The position numbers and the translations under genes are program-made. This document shows, piece by piece, positions 37,466 to 50,400 of a stretch of DNA of 64,000 bases. Position 1 is the first letter of the stretch. Every line of letters begins with the position of its first letter. Origin of the DNA: a virus; the IMG/VR virus record IMGVR_UViG_3300010160_000037, positions 1 through 64,000 of that record; one strand, given 5' to 3'. The notes below the pieces were generated by a model. The model had not been told where the DNA came from. It made no database searches and worked only from the letters and a program-made list of their open reading frames with translations.

Positions 37466-40400
37466 ATGCCATCATTACTAAGCGGTCGTGTAAAATTAAT
37501 TAGTCCAGGCACTAATTACACGGTAATCAACAACTATATCAGTCTAGGCCAAGCACAGGCTGGTTTGGGTGCCTCACCTACGACAAACACTGGTTACACC
37601 TTAGTAATTGGACCTAATGGTCAGGCAACATATACAAACACACTTGGTCAAATTGCGTTTAGTACAGGTACTATTACTTCACAAGCACCAACTGGTGACC
37701 TAACTCTTAATCCAAGCGGCACAGGTACGATTACACTTAACGGTCCTGTTAACATTCCTCAAGGTATTCAAGGTAGTGGATTTAAAACAGAAGCCAAACG
37801 TGCTACTACTGGAAATATTTTACTTAACGAATCAACATCAACAGTAACATATGACGGGTATCATGTAGATTACCTAGATCGTATCTTGGTCAGAGCACAA
37901 ACTGATGCAAGAGATAATGGTATCTATTATGTTTATACATCAACATTTGCTACAAATGTAGTTACAACACAGATAAACTACACACAAAATAGTTTCACAG
38001 CTACAACCTACAACATCGGTGATGCAAATAGTCTAGTTGCAGGTAGCACACTTACCAGTTTGTTTGTTGGCAACAACACGACCATTGTTCAAATACTAGA
38101 CAGCTCAACGTTCTTGATGAGTAATCCTGGATTAGGAACCATCACTGGTGCAGTTTCTACAGCATCAAGTAAAGGCTTAACTAACTCCGTAGTGCTATCA
38201 AGAAGTACTGACGCAGTTAACACCAACGGTTTAAAACATATTGTTGTTCCTATCGTAGGCGGAACCTATGAAGGTAGATTATTCTTCACATCATTCCTGG
38301 CAACACAGGTAGTTGGGGTTGACCCAATTAATTGGTATGAGATCGTTGATAGTACATCTTACCAAACTGTCTATAGCAAATATTTAGAAAATGTAACAGT
38401 TGGTCAATATCTCCCAAATGCCGGTCAATTTACTTTATTCACGGCTACTAACACAGCAACATTTGCCAACCCAACTGACTCAACAGCAACTACAAACGGT
38501 GCTGTGGTAGTAACTGGCGGCGTTGGAATCCAGAAGAGCTTATTTGTCGGAGGTGCAACAAACATACAAGGTAGTTTGAATGTAAACAGTCAGGCAAATA
38601 TCAGTCCAGCTGATGCAACAGTATTCATCCAGCCGACTGGACTAGGAACAGTTACGATTAATCCATCTACCAAAGGTACCATTAACAACATGGACGTTGG
38701 TAACAGTATTCCTAAGAATGGTACATTTGTTAATCTTACTGCAAACAATCAATTATTAGTAACTTCAACCTCAGAATCTACAAGTACAACAACAGGTGCT
38801 GTTCAAGTTGCGGGCGGTGTTGGCATTGGCGGCAACCTAGTTCTAGGTGGTCAGTTAATATTCAGCGGACTTGCGGACGAGTTTGTTGTTAATAATTTCC
38901 GTGCAAAAGGACAAGTACTGTTTACTACAAGTACAAATTCAACGTCAACAACAACAGGTGGACTTGTTGTAAGTGGTGGAGTCGGCATCGGACAAGATCT
39001 AGTATTAGGTGGCAAACTAATATTCCAAGGGTCGGGTACAAACTTATCTTTAAGTACGCTATCAGTTACATCTAGTTCACAGTCAACCAGCACTACTACC
39101 GGTGCGTTAACTGTAGTCGGTGGAGTTGGTGTAGGTGGAAACTTAACCCTAGGCGGTCAACTAATATTCAGTGGCGCAGCCGGCGATTTAAAAGTAGCAA
39201 CGTTAGCAGTTACATCAACTACCAATTCAACCAGCACAACTACAGGAGCATTTACTGTTACTGGCGGTGTCGGTATTGGACAAGATTTGGTATTAGGCGG
39301 AAGTCTAATATTCACAAACGCCAGCGGTACTATCAGAGCAGAACAGATCCACATCCTTGGAACACAAACTTCAGTAAGTACAGAAACAGGTGCTCTAGTT
39401 GTTGACGGTGGCGTAGGTGTTGCTAAAGATGTTGTAGTTGGTGGCAACTTGGACCTAGGTGGTCAGCTAACATTTAACAAATCATTCACCGCAACATTCG
39501 TTGCATTGCATATCACCAGCACAGCAAGTGATGTAGCTACATTTAGCAATAATGCAATTTATGTTGAAGGCGGCCAGGCTGTTAAGAAAGACCTAAGTGT
39601 ATATGGCAACACAGTCCTATACGGTAATCTAACTGTAGCTGGTACACAAACAATCGTTGATTCGCAGAACACTTATATTATTGATCCAGTGATTGACATT
39701 GGTACCGGTATTGATAACACTCCGTTGTTAGTTAATGACGGATACGATCGTGGTATGTTGTTACATTACAGCACCGGTAACGGCCCTCAATTTGACAATC
39801 ATGCATTTGTTGGGCGTGATGTAACTACCGGATTTTTAACTTATAAAGTTAACGTTTATCCAGGTGGCTACGAAACTTTCCCAGCGCAATTTGCGAATAC
39901 TGGTAGTTTTGGTACAGCACAATTTGGTGGCTTACGACTAAGCGGCGGAGCGGTTGCACTGAGCACAAATACAGGTGACCTGCAAGTACTAGGTGGCATT
40001 GGCGTTACTGGCGGAAGCTATTTTGGCGGTACATTAACATTAGGTAGTCCGTTAGCAAATACAACGCAAACTATAAATCATGCATTAGTAGTATCTAGTG
40101 GCGGTATTGGGGTAGCGGGCGCCAGCTTTTTTGCAGGACAAGTTAAGTTTTCAAATGCTCAAGCATCAACAGATCCATCATCTGGAGCAGTGGTTCTTTC
40201 GGGTGGCCTGGGAGTAGGTGGCTCAATCTTTACAGCCGGACCAATGCGCATAAGAAACAGCACAGAGTCTGTAAGTACTGGCACAGGCGCTCTAGTTGTT
40301 TCAGGTGGTGCAGGATTTAACGGTGACATCTATGCACACAACATCTATACAGATGCAGGCCTAACACAGTTAGCAAACTTCAACGGTGGACGTATTAGCG

Positions 40401-43400
40401 ATCCGTTGTTGATTGATAATACTACAAGTGCATACAGCACAATGACAGGTGCGCTACAAGTACGGGGCGGCGTTGGTATTAGTGGTGCATTATGGGTTGG
40501 CGGTACTGCAAACGTCAGCAACTTGTTTGTAAATGGTGCGGCAGTATTAACTACATCAAGTCCAACAGGATTCAACGGCGGTACAATTATATATCCATTG
40601 CAAATTGGATACAGTACTTCCACACTAAACACAGCTGGCCTAACAGTCAACTCAGACGTTAACTCTGTATCAACAGATAGTGGAGCAATCGTAACTATTG
40701 GCGGCGTGGGAATTGCACAAGATCTGCATGTTGGTGGAACAATTTATCGCGAAGGCGATATTACAACTGCCAACTGGGGACAGACCGGTATCGCAGTTAA
40801 CTTAGCCAGTGCTGTCTATACAGATAATCAAGCATCTGGTTCGTTTACGAATACAAACAACGTTTATGTCGGCCAGCCAATTATTAATTCAAGATACGGC
40901 TCTGCATACGCACAAGCAAACACAATCTATATTGAAGATGCTCCTAAAGTCAAGACAACCGCAACTACAAGCATTGCAGATTCATACGCAGTATGGGTTA
41001 ACAACGGCAAAGTACACATTAATAGCACAGCGTCTAGCGCAACAAACTATCTAAACAATGCTCTAAGTGTTGCAGGTGGTATTGGTATTGCAGGAGCAAT
41101 TCAAGCAAGCGGCCCATTAAATGCTCCACAGGTATTTGACAACGGAAATCGTGTTGTTACATTTGTTGACATTATTGACGGTCCAGGTATTTCATCAAGT
41201 CCTGATAAATCAGGTGGCTCAACCGCTACTATCACAATCAACAATACTGGCGTTCTAACAGCAAATGCTGGTACTGGTATTGTCGTTGATAGAGCAACTG
41301 GTGATGTCACAATCAGCAACGTTGGCGTAACCAAGATTGAAACAGGTCCTGGCATTAGTGCTTCGACCAGCACTGGTACTGTGTCACTTGTAAACACAGG
41401 TGTCCTAAGTCTAACAGCAGGAACTGACACAGCAGTATCATTTACAACTGGCAACATTACAGTTTACAGCACAGCTACATTGGCTTCTGTAACCAGCAGA
41501 GGTGCAACAACAACCAGCACTATCCGTTTAACTAATACACAAACTGGTCTAGTTGTTGGCGGCGATGCTATATTCTCTGGAACTGTTGCAGTTACTGGAA
41601 CATTAAACATTGGTGGTGCAAGTATCAGTGGTGGCAACGCTACATTTACATCATTACAAGCAGGCGATACACTGATTACTGGACAACTAACAGTATCAGG
41701 AACATCGACATTTATCAACAGCCAACAATTAACAGTTGTTGATCCTGTTATTGATGTAGGAACAAATATTAATAACGTACCGTTATTAGTAAATGACGGA
41801 TTTGATAGAGGTGTGTTAATACATTATAACACTACTCTTTCAAATAACATTGCATATGATGCTCACGCATTCTTAGGACGTGATAACGTATCAGGCAAGT
41901 TAACTTATAGAACCAACATTTGGCCAGGCGGTGTAACCGATGTTCCAAATCCTTTTAATTCAACAGGCACACTGGGTTATGCGGTATTTGCTGGATTGAA
42001 CTTAGAAGGCGGAATTGCTTCTACAAGTCCAACATCAGGTGACCTACAGGTCGTAGGTGGTATTGGTGTTGGCGGCGCAAGTTATATCGCCGGTCAAGCA
42101 AGATTTGGTAGCCAACTAAATGCTAATGCTACAGCAACTGGTGCAGTTATTGTTGACGGTGGCCAGTCTATTACTAAAGATCTGTACATTGGCGGAAACG
42201 TTATTGTACGTGGATATGTTCTAACTACAGCAACAGCATATAACGGTGGCGAAGTATTCAATCCTGTTATTGTAACAAATGGTACAAGTGCTACAAGCAC
42301 ACTAACCGGTGCATTGATTGTACATGACGGTGGCGCTGGTATTGGCGGAGATGTTTGGATTGGTGGCGCCCTTAATGCTAAATCAGTCCTAGTTGACGGG
42401 CGAGCAATTACAACTGACATCCATTTAGTTACTGGTCCGGGCTTAGTCGGTGATGTAACAACATCATCAGGCGGTGTAACCATCACAATGACCAACACAG
42501 GTATCTTGAACTTAGATGCAGGTCCTGGTATTAGTCTTGCAAACACCGGTACCAGTGGCATAACAACTATCACCAACACTGGTGTAGTGTCGATAGCAAT
42601 TAACGGTCTAGGCCTAAAAGCCAGTACATCAACCGGTTCTGTTGTACTAACAAACATTGGTGTAACCGCGGCAACAGCAGGGGCGGGTATAAGTGTAAAT
42701 CAAACTACTGGTTCAATCATTATTACCAACGTTGGTGTACAAAGTATTGGTACTATCGGCGGCGGCATTACAGTTACTACCAGTACTGGATCTGTGTTCT
42801 TATTAAACTCAGGTGTAACGAGTCTTACAGCAGGCACAGATACTAACGTAACTGCAATATCAGGTGATATTACAATTTGGGATATCAGTACACTACAATC
42901 GGTAACTGGTCGTGGTAATATTACAACTCGAGATATAATAATTGATAGTACAACACCAACTTCTAATACAGCCAGCGGAGCATTGGCAGTTACTGGTGGT
43001 GTTGCAGTTGGACAAAACTTGTATGCAGGCGGCCAGATTTATGCACTTGGCGGCTACTTGGGATTAAATCCTCCTGCGATCTTTGTTAATAATACAAACG
43101 TTACTGTAACTGATAATGTAAATGAGCACAAGGTTTCTGTTGCGATCAACGGAACTACTACAACTACATTTGATATCGTTGGGGAACACATACTTTCTAC
43201 AACAAATTCAACAAGCACTACTACTGGTGCATTGATAGTTGATGGCGGAATTGGCCTTGCTAAGAATATATATGTTGGTGGAAGTGCTACAGTTGCAAAT
43301 ACTCTAACGGTACTAAGCACATCAACAATGGGTTCTATATTGCCTCTAGCAGGTGGATATTATAATCTAGGAAGTCCAACACAGCGTTGGGGTACGTTAT

Positions 43401-44359
43401 ACATCAATTCCGCAACTATTGACATGGGCGGATTGACATTAACATCTATCAACAGCGTATTACAACTTCCTGCAACCAACGTCTACGGTACCCAAACAAG
43501 CACAAGCACTATCACAGGTGCGCTGACTCTGCAAGGCGGACTGGGACTCACAGGTGATATATTTGCCGCTAAATCGATCAACGGTGCAAACATTACATCA
43601 ACTGGAACTATATATCGTTCAGGAAATGTAACTAGAAGCGCATGGGGTAATAATGGTGTTGCATTAGACATTGCGCAGGCAACATTTACTGACAATAGCA
43701 GTAACGGTACTGTTGCCCAAACTAATGTTACGCATTTCCACACTCCTACAATTAGTGCTACTGGCGGAACAGTAAGCTATACTAATGCGGCCACGGTCTA
43801 TATTGGAAATGCACCGATAGCAGGTAATGGCAGTACAACAATTAACAATGCATGGGCATTGCAGATCAACAGCGGCAAGACCAAGCTAAATGACAGTTCA
43901 GCGGCTAACAGCACACAAAGCGGTGCGCTACAGGTTGTAGGCGGTGTTGGTATTGGTGGCGATCTGTATGTCCAAAATACGCTAAACGTCATTGGTAATA
44001 CTGCAAATATTGGTAACAGTGAAATATTCACATTTACAAGCCCTGCGCTGTCAACAAGTAATAAGATTAATCTTGATACTTTTGCAGTCGAAAGCTATCA
44101 ATCTGCCAAATATTTCATACAGGTTGTTGATAATACTGCGCTTGGACAGCCCAATAAGATGTATGTTACTGAGCTGATTGTATACCATGATAGTATAGGT
44201 GGAGTTTACATATCAGAATACGGCATGGCCAGCAACTTTGGTGATTTAGGAACATTTGATGCTGTGATAAGCGGGCTAAGTGTTCAGCTAACATGGCAAC
44301 CAAACTACGTTCCTGTGTCAATGGTCGTTAAAGTACATAGAACCACACTCAGTAGATAA
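37466..44359 (+). CDS. Giant tail-fibre-like protein (2297 aa)
   Basis: DRILVRAQTDARDNGIY fibre motif, many STSTTTGALxVxGGVGIG repeats, NTGVxSLTAG repeats, and a C-terminal SAKYFIQV...SEYG domain. Confidence 0.75.
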   Translation: MPSLLSGRVKLISPGTNYTVINNYISLGQAQAGLGASPTTNTGYTLVIGPNGQATYTNTLGQIAFSTGTITSQAPTGDLTLNPSGTGTITLNGPVNIPQGIQGSGFKTEAKRATTGNILLNESTSTVTYDGYHVDYLDRILVRAQTDARDNGIYYVYTSTFATNVVTTQINYTQNSFTATTYNIGDANSLVAGSTLTSLFVGNNTTIVQILDSSTFLMSNPGLGTITGAVSTASSKGLTNSVVLSRSTDAVNTNGLKHIVVPIVGGTYEGRLFFTSFLATQVVGVDPINWYEIVDSTSYQTVYSKYLENVTVGQYLPNAGQFTLFTATNTATFANPTDSTATTNGAVVVTGGVGIQKSLFVGGATNIQGSLNVNSQANISPADATVFIQPTGLGTVTINPSTKGTINNMDVGNSIPKNGTFVNLTANNQLLVTSTSESTSTTTGAVQVAGGVGIGGNLVLGGQLIFSGLADEFVVNNFRAKGQVLFTTSTNSTSTTTGGLVVSGGVGIGQDLVLGGKLIFQGSGTNLSLSTLSVTSSSQSTSTTTGALTVVGGVGVGGNLTLGGQLIFSGAAGDLKVATLAVTSTTNSTSTTTGAFTVTGGVGIGQDLVLGGSLIFTNASGTIRAEQIHILGTQTSVSTETGALVVDGGVGVAKDVVVGGNLDLGGQLTFNKSFTATFVALHITSTASDVATFSNNAIYVEGGQAVKKDLSVYGNTVLYGNLTVAGTQTIVDSQNTYIIDPVIDIGTGIDNTPLLVNDGYDRGMLLHYSTGNGPQFDNHAFVGRDVTTGFLTYKVNVYPGGYETFPAQFANTGSFGTAQFGGLRLSGGAVALSTNTGDLQVLGGIGVTGGSYFGGTLTLGSPLANTTQTINHALVVSSGGIGVAGASFFAGQVKFSNAQASTDPSSGAVVLSGGLGVGGSIFTAGPMRIRNSTESVSTGTGALVVSGGAGFNGDIYAHNIYTDAGLTQLANFNGGRISDPLLIDNTTSAYSTMTGALQVRGGVGISGALWVGGTANVSNLFVNGAAVLTTSSPTGFNGGTIIYPLQIGYSTSTLNTAGLTVNSDVNSVSTDSGAIVTIGGVGIAQDLHVGGTIYREGDITTANWGQTGIAVNLASAVYTDNQASGSFTNTNNVYVGQPIINSRYGSAYAQANTIYIEDAPKVKTTATTSIADSYAVWVNNGKVHINSTASSATNYLNNALSVAGGIGIAGAIQASGPLNAPQVFDNGNRVVTFVDIIDGPGISSSPDKSGGSTATITINNTGVLTANAGTGIVVDRATGDVTISNVGVTKIETGPGISASTSTGTVSLVNTGVLSLTAGTDTAVSFTTGNITVYSTATLASVTSRGATTTSTIRLTNTQTGLVVGGDAIFSGTVAVTGTLNIGGASISGGNATFTSLQAGDTLITGQLTVSGTSTFINSQQLTVVDPVIDVGTNINNVPLLVNDGFDRGVLIHYNTTLSNNIAYDAHAFLGRDNVSGKLTYRTNIWPGGVTDVPNPFNSTGTLGYAVFAGLNLEGGIASTSPTSGDLQVVGGIGVGGASYIAGQARFGSQLNANATATGAVIVDGGQSITKDLYIGGNVIVRGYVLTTATAYNGGEVFNPVIVTNGTSATSTLTGALIVHDGGAGIGGDVWIGGALNAKSVLVDGRAITTDIHLVTGPGLVGDVTTSSGGVTITMTNTGILNLDAGPGISLANTGTSGITTITNTGVVSIAINGLGLKASTSTGSVVLTNIGVTAATAGAGISVNQTTGSIIITNVGVQSIGTIGGGITVTTSTGSVFLLNSGVTSLTAGTDTNVTAISGDITIWDISTLQSVTGRGNITTRDIIIDSTTPTSNTASGALAVTGGVAVGQNLYAGGQIYALGGYLGLNPPAIFVNNTNVTVTDNVNEHKVSVAINGTTTTTFDIVGEHILSTTNSTSTTTGALIVDGGIGLAKNIYVGGSATVANTLTVLSTSTMGSILPLAGGYYNLGSPTQRWGTLYINSATIDMGGLTLTSINSVLQLPATNVYGTQTSTSTITGALTLQGGLGLTGDIFAAKSINGANITSTGTIYRSGNVTRSAWGNNGVALDIAQATFTDNSSNGTVAQTNVTHFHTPTISATGGTVSYTNAATVYIGNAPIAGNGSTTINNAWALQINSGKTKLNDSSAANSTQSGALQVVGGVGIGGDLYVQNTLNVIGNTANIGNSEIFTFTSPALSTSNKINLDTFAVESYQSAKYFIQVVDNTALGQPNKMYVTELIVYHDSIGGVYISEYGMASNFGDLGTFDAVISGLSVQLTWQPNYVPVSMVVKVHRTTLSR

Positions 44360-44365
44360 AACCTG

Positions 44366-44431
44366 TAGTTTCTCTCTCTTTGGTAAATAGTCGTATAAGC
44401 AAATTTTTGCCAGACGTGGAGAGGGAAACTA
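44366..44431 (+). promoter_or_regulatory. RBS-sequestering stem with an internal late promoter (TAAATA 44384-44389)
   Basis: TAGTTTCTCTCTC (44366-44378) pairs with GAGAGGGAAACTA (44419-44431), directly before ATG 44432. Confidence 0.7.
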
Positions 44432-47400
44432 ATGGCTACTAATGACGATTTCATAGTCAAAAATGGTCTTGTGGTTCGTGCCGCAAGCTCAGAATATCAA
44501 TCAACAAGCACCCAAACTGGTGCAATCGTAACGCCCGGCGGATTAGGCATTGGCCAAAATGCGACCATCGGCGGACAACTAAATGTATTAAGTACTTCAA
44601 GTTTTGCAAGTCAATTGCAAGTCAGCAGTATAACAAAAATACTCTCTACAGCAGTAAACACAGCAACAGTTACTCCAGACGGTAATGCCTTACAGGTCAC
44701 TGGTGGCATTTACGCACAGAATATCAATATCGGCGGCATTGGTTTAATCAAGGGCTCGCAGATCCTAACTCAAGCAGATGGTTTCAAAGGCGGTATCATT
44801 ACCGATCCTTTAACGATCAACACAAATACTCAATCAACCAGCACATATTCAGGAGCATTAACAAGCCCTGGCGGTATTGGTATCGGCGGCAACTTAAACG
44901 TTGGCGGGTATGCACAAATTACAGGAACAACATACCTGTTTGGCGATGCTTACGGTAATGGACAACATCTATTAACAAATCTAGTAGCAAGCCCCGGTCC
45001 TGGCATAGCTTCAAAAGTAACCTTTAACGGTTATACTGCAACAATTATTACAACCAACACTGGTGTAATATCTGTAACAGGCGGCACAGGTATCAGTGTA
45101 GATAGTCCCAACGGTAACGTTACAGTTAGCAACGTTGGTGTTACATATATTCAAGCTGGTACAGATATCACTGTTGATTTCAACACCGGTACCGTTACAA
45201 TCAATGACGGTAGCACACTACAATCGTTATTATTACGCGGTAATTCAACTGACCAAACCATTAATATTAATAACGGTGCTATCAGTAATGATCCTACACT
45301 AAACAACGCATTAAATGTATTAGGTAGTATCGGAGCCACACAATTAACAGTGGCAAACACCAGTTATATTGGTGGCGCGATTGTTGTTACTACCAGCAAC
45401 ATTAACAGATACGTTGGTGGTATTATTACCAATACTCTACGTGTTCAAAATACAACAAGCTCAATAAGCACAACAACAGGTGCTCTAGTTGTTGATGGTG
45501 GTGTAGGTGTTGGCGAAAACGTAAACATCGGTGGTAGTCTTTTTGTTCAAGGCGGAATAACTGTATTAGGTAGCTACACTACAGTTACAATTAACTCAAC
45601 TAATACGGTATTCATCGATCCTGTTATCGATCTAGGATCAGGATATGACAATAGAGCGTTAGCGATCAATGACGGTTTAGATAGAGGTCTTCTACTACAT
45701 TATAACACCGGGTCAAATACTACGTTTGACAATCATGCTTTCTTGGGTCGTCAAGCAAGTACTGGTGCTCTAGTTTACTTAACAGACGTAGCACCCGGCG
45801 GTAGCACACAAGATGTTCCTAATCCTTTTGTGGGCGAATGGGGAACATTTAAAACTGGCCAACTTGTCTTAACAAGTCCGACTGCCAGTACCAGTACTAC
45901 TACTGGTGCGTTAACTGCGGTTGGTGGTATTGCTACTCGAGGCAATTTAAATGCCCAAGCAGTATATGATGCTGGCAATCGAGTAGTTACCAACGTAAAT
46001 CTTACATCTACTCTAATATCATTAAACGACCCTGGATCTGGTATCGCAGTTGTATCAACAGTAGTGACAGGTTCGTATGTAACAGTAAACCTGACCAACA
46101 CAGGTATCGTTGGTTTGTTACCTGGTGCAGGTATTGGTATTGCAGGAGCAGGTGGCTTTACAGCAACCAACGGTATGATGGTTGGCGTTCCAAATATCTA
46201 CAATAGAGGTGTACTAACAGTTAGCGTAACAGGTGACCTAAACGTTACATGGAACGGTCAATCATATTACACCGGTGATATTGTTCTAAGCAATTTATCT
46301 ACATTACAAACTGTAACAGATCGCGGTAATACTACAACCAATCAAGTAGTAATTTTAAATCAAACAACCAGCACAACACTTACCGCAACAAATGCGCTAC
46401 AAGTGCTAGGCGGCATCAGTGCCAAGACACTATTAATTACAGATTCTGGTTATATCAACGGCGCACAGATTGTTACATCATCAACGATTAACAGCTTCTC
46501 CGGCGGTACGATTAACAATTCATTGTTTATCGCAAGTACAGAAACATCAACCGGATCCACTACTGGTGCATTGCGAGTGTCGGGTGGTGTTGGCTTTGCA
46601 ACTACATTAAATGTTGGAGGATTAGGTTCTTTCCTTAATACCGGAACAGCATTGTCTGTTACAGGCGATGCACGATTCAGTAGCACAATTTATGTTAACA
46701 CAGTTTCTGCACTGACACTGGGATTAGATCTAGTAAGTATAGGAACGGGCACAGTTAACGCCAACGGAGTTGATTTATTAAGTCATCCAACTAACGTAAA
46801 ATACGTAAGTGCGACCAGCGGTAAAAATACTAACGATGGATTCCGTCTAAATAGCGCATACGCTACTCTTGCCTATGCATTGACTCAGGCCACTACTGGC
46901 ACGACAGTTTATCTTGCGGCTGGCACCTACACTGAAGTATTTCCTTTAACTATACCAGCAGGCGTTACTGTGCAGGGCGCCGGCATCCGTTCAACTATCG
47001 TTCAACCAACGTCTGGCTCAAATACCAACAATGGTTTCCTACTAAACGGCGAAGTATTAGTCAGCGACTTAACGATTGCCAATTTCTATAAACCAGGTTC
47101 GGGATTTGCATTTACATCAGGCGCGAAGATCACTACAAAGTCTCCTTACATACAACGTGTAAGTGTTATTACAAAAGGCTCAGTGACCAGTGCAAGTGAT
47201 CCGTTTGGATTCAACCAAACTGATGCTGGTAACGGTGCAAAACTAGATGCAAGTTTATTAGATGCTACCAGCTTGGAACCAGCGGTGTTGTTTAACGAAG
47301 CAACGTTTATCGTTCCAAATGCGGTTGGTATATACATGACCAACGGTGCTCGTGCAGAATTACTAAACGGCTTTACATATTTTGCCAGCAAGTCAATTCA

Positions 47401-50400
47401 GGCCGAAGCAGGCGCAACAGGTTTTGCAGGTACAGGTAAGACAAGATTAAAACTTTCTGGCATAACAGGCTCATTTGGTGCTGGTGACATAATCACCTAT
47501 AAAGATCCAAGCGGCAATACAAAAGCACAAGGTACTATTGCCAGCACTGACGGAACATACGTTTATCTAACAGGTCCAGTTTGGGGCTTTGAAACAATCA
47601 CAGATCGCGCTGCCAAGACAGTTACTGCCTATGGCAATGCTAAACAAAGTACAGTTCAAAAGAAATTTGGAACCAGCTCTTATGTAGGTGACGGTTCAGG
47701 CGACTATCTAGAAGTACTAAGCGATAGTGATTTCCAATTTGGTAGCCTAGGTAGCTATACCGTAGAGGCATGGATTTATCTAAACAGTCTAGGAAAGGCT
47801 CAACGGATTTTTTACAAAGGTACAAATTTAGGTACAAGTATTAGATTTAGTGTAACTTCAGGTAACGTGTTATATGCCTTTCATGCTGGCGCAAGTATCA
47901 CTGGTATTACTGCCTTAACTACGGGTGTATGGTACCATGTTGCTTTTGTTAGAAATGCAGCCTTGGGAACATTTAGAATATATCTAAACGGTACACTTGA
48001 CGCCTACACAACCGGAGTAACCGGAAATGTAAACAATACTGATCCGGTAAGTATCGGCGGTATTGTGGCAACCGCGGGAGAGAGTCTCGACGGTTATATT
48101 GACGATTTTAGAATCAGCAATGTTGCAAGATATACTGCCGGAACATATACGGTTCCGACTTCTGCACAAACATCAGATGTTGCAACACTATTAATGTTGA
48201 ACTTCAATGGTGGAAATCTGTCAACTGCGTTTGTTGATTCTGCTAATGGCACACAAAATATTATATCAAATGCGGCCGCAAGTGCGACACGTATTACGTT
48301 AGCTGATTATCATCAGTTTGGCGCAGAACTACGCTGTATTGGATCTGCATCAGTTTACGGTACACAAGGTGTTGTTGCTAACGGTACTGGTACAGACTTA
48401 AAATTAATTGCCTACAATATGAGTCATATTGGCTCAGGCAAAGATTTTTCAAATGACGATAGCCTTGCTGTCCAAGCAAACGAAGTTATTCAAACTAACG
48501 GCGGTCTTGTATACTTCCAAACTGTTGACCAAGGCGGCAACTTCCGTGTTGGCACCAGCTTCTTAATAAATGAACAAACAGGTAATGTAAGTTTTGGTAA
48601 TGCTAACGTTAATCTGTCTAGCTTAAATCAATTACAGATCACTGATGGAAGCAATTATGCAACTATTCTTCCAACAAGTATCAGTGTTGGTAATTTAAGT
48701 ATTTCTGGAAATAGCCTATCAGCGTTAAGCGGTGGAATTTCTATTACTCCGTCAGGTGGCATTGTTTCGATTAACAGTAGCGCAACCATTGGCGGCGGCC
48801 TAACAATTAGCGGATCATTTGCTGTTCCTGCATTAACTGACTCAACAAGCACAAATACAGGTGCTCTAACAGTTGGTGGTGGCCTGGGTGTTGGACTACA
48901 AGTTCAAGCTGGTAGTACAATTACAACATACAGCGCGGCTGGATCAACAAGTTCTATACTAAACAATGCGGTAACTGTTCCTAACGGTGGTATTGGTGCA
49001 AATACACTATACCTAACAGGTAAAGGTTATTCAGCAGGTAACGAGATTGTTACAACTGCTACTATTGGATCAAGCCTAGGTGGATTTGTTCCAAATGCAC
49101 TACGTATTACAAGCCTTGCACAGAGCACAAGTACAAACACCGGCGCCTTAGTTGTTGATGGTGGTGTTGGTATTGGCGGCAACTTAACGATAGGTGGCTC
49201 CTTAAATCTACTAGGCGGTGGTAGTGTTTTAACAAACGTTACAGCTACAACTGATGCATATATTGGTGCAAGCGTAACTAAAACTGGTACTACTGCAACA
49301 ATTAATATTGTTAACCTAGGTGTTCAAACAGTATCGGCTGGGTCAGGAATTTTTGTATCTGCTAATACAGGTACAGTGACAATCAGTAATACAGATACTC
49401 TAGATACGGTACTTGCTCGTGGAAGTTCAACGGCTCAAGCAATTACAATGACTGATGTTGAGTACAGCACATCAACAATCGCAGGCAATGCGTTAGCAGT
49501 CACTGGCGGTGTTGGCGCACGTTCTTTATACCTAAGTACAGAAGGTTGGATAGCAGGTGCACAGATTGTTACTTCAAGCACAATTGGTTCATTTGTTGGT
49601 GGACAGGCAGTTACAAGTCCGTTGCAAATTACCAGCACAGCTACCTATGCACTAAACATTCAAAACGGCGGCGCCTATATCGGCGGTACTGTTGTAATTG
49701 GCGGTAGCCTACAAGTTGCAGGAACTGTTACAAGTATCAACAGTACCAGCGTTGATATTGGTAACAAGTTAATTTTCTTAAGCACCTTAACAGGTAGTGC
49801 TATACAGTCAGCAGAGTCTGGTATCGTTGTTGGTAAAGATGATGGCATTGAAAATGATCGTTGGGCAAGTTTATTATTTGATGGCGGAGCAGGCGCCGCA
49901 GGAAATTGGGTCAGCAAGGGCGGATTAAATCCATTTGCAGACAGCACATATGGAATTGGTACTGTTGCACTACAATGGAACAGCGCATATATTAAAAATA
50001 TAAATGCAAGTTCTGTAATAACAACAAGCTCAGTATACAACACAGGAACTATCGGCGGCAACGCATTACAAGTTACTGGCGGAATTGGCGCCAGAAGCAT
50101 TTACTTAACTGACAAGAGTTACATCGGCGTTAATGAAATTATTACCACTGGTAACTTGGCAAACTTTGCAGGTACATATGATGGTCAAACACCACTACAC
50201 TATCCTGTACAGATCGTAAACACAAGTACTTCGACATCTGTAAATTCTGGGGCGCTACAAGTATCAGGTGGCGCAGGAATCGTAGGGGACTTATATGTAG
50301 GCGGTTCGGCTCGTGTTGCCAACAGATTATATGTAACTAACACAGCAACTATTGGTTCTGGGGTATTATCTACAACTCCAACTAATGGTAGCCTAGTAGT

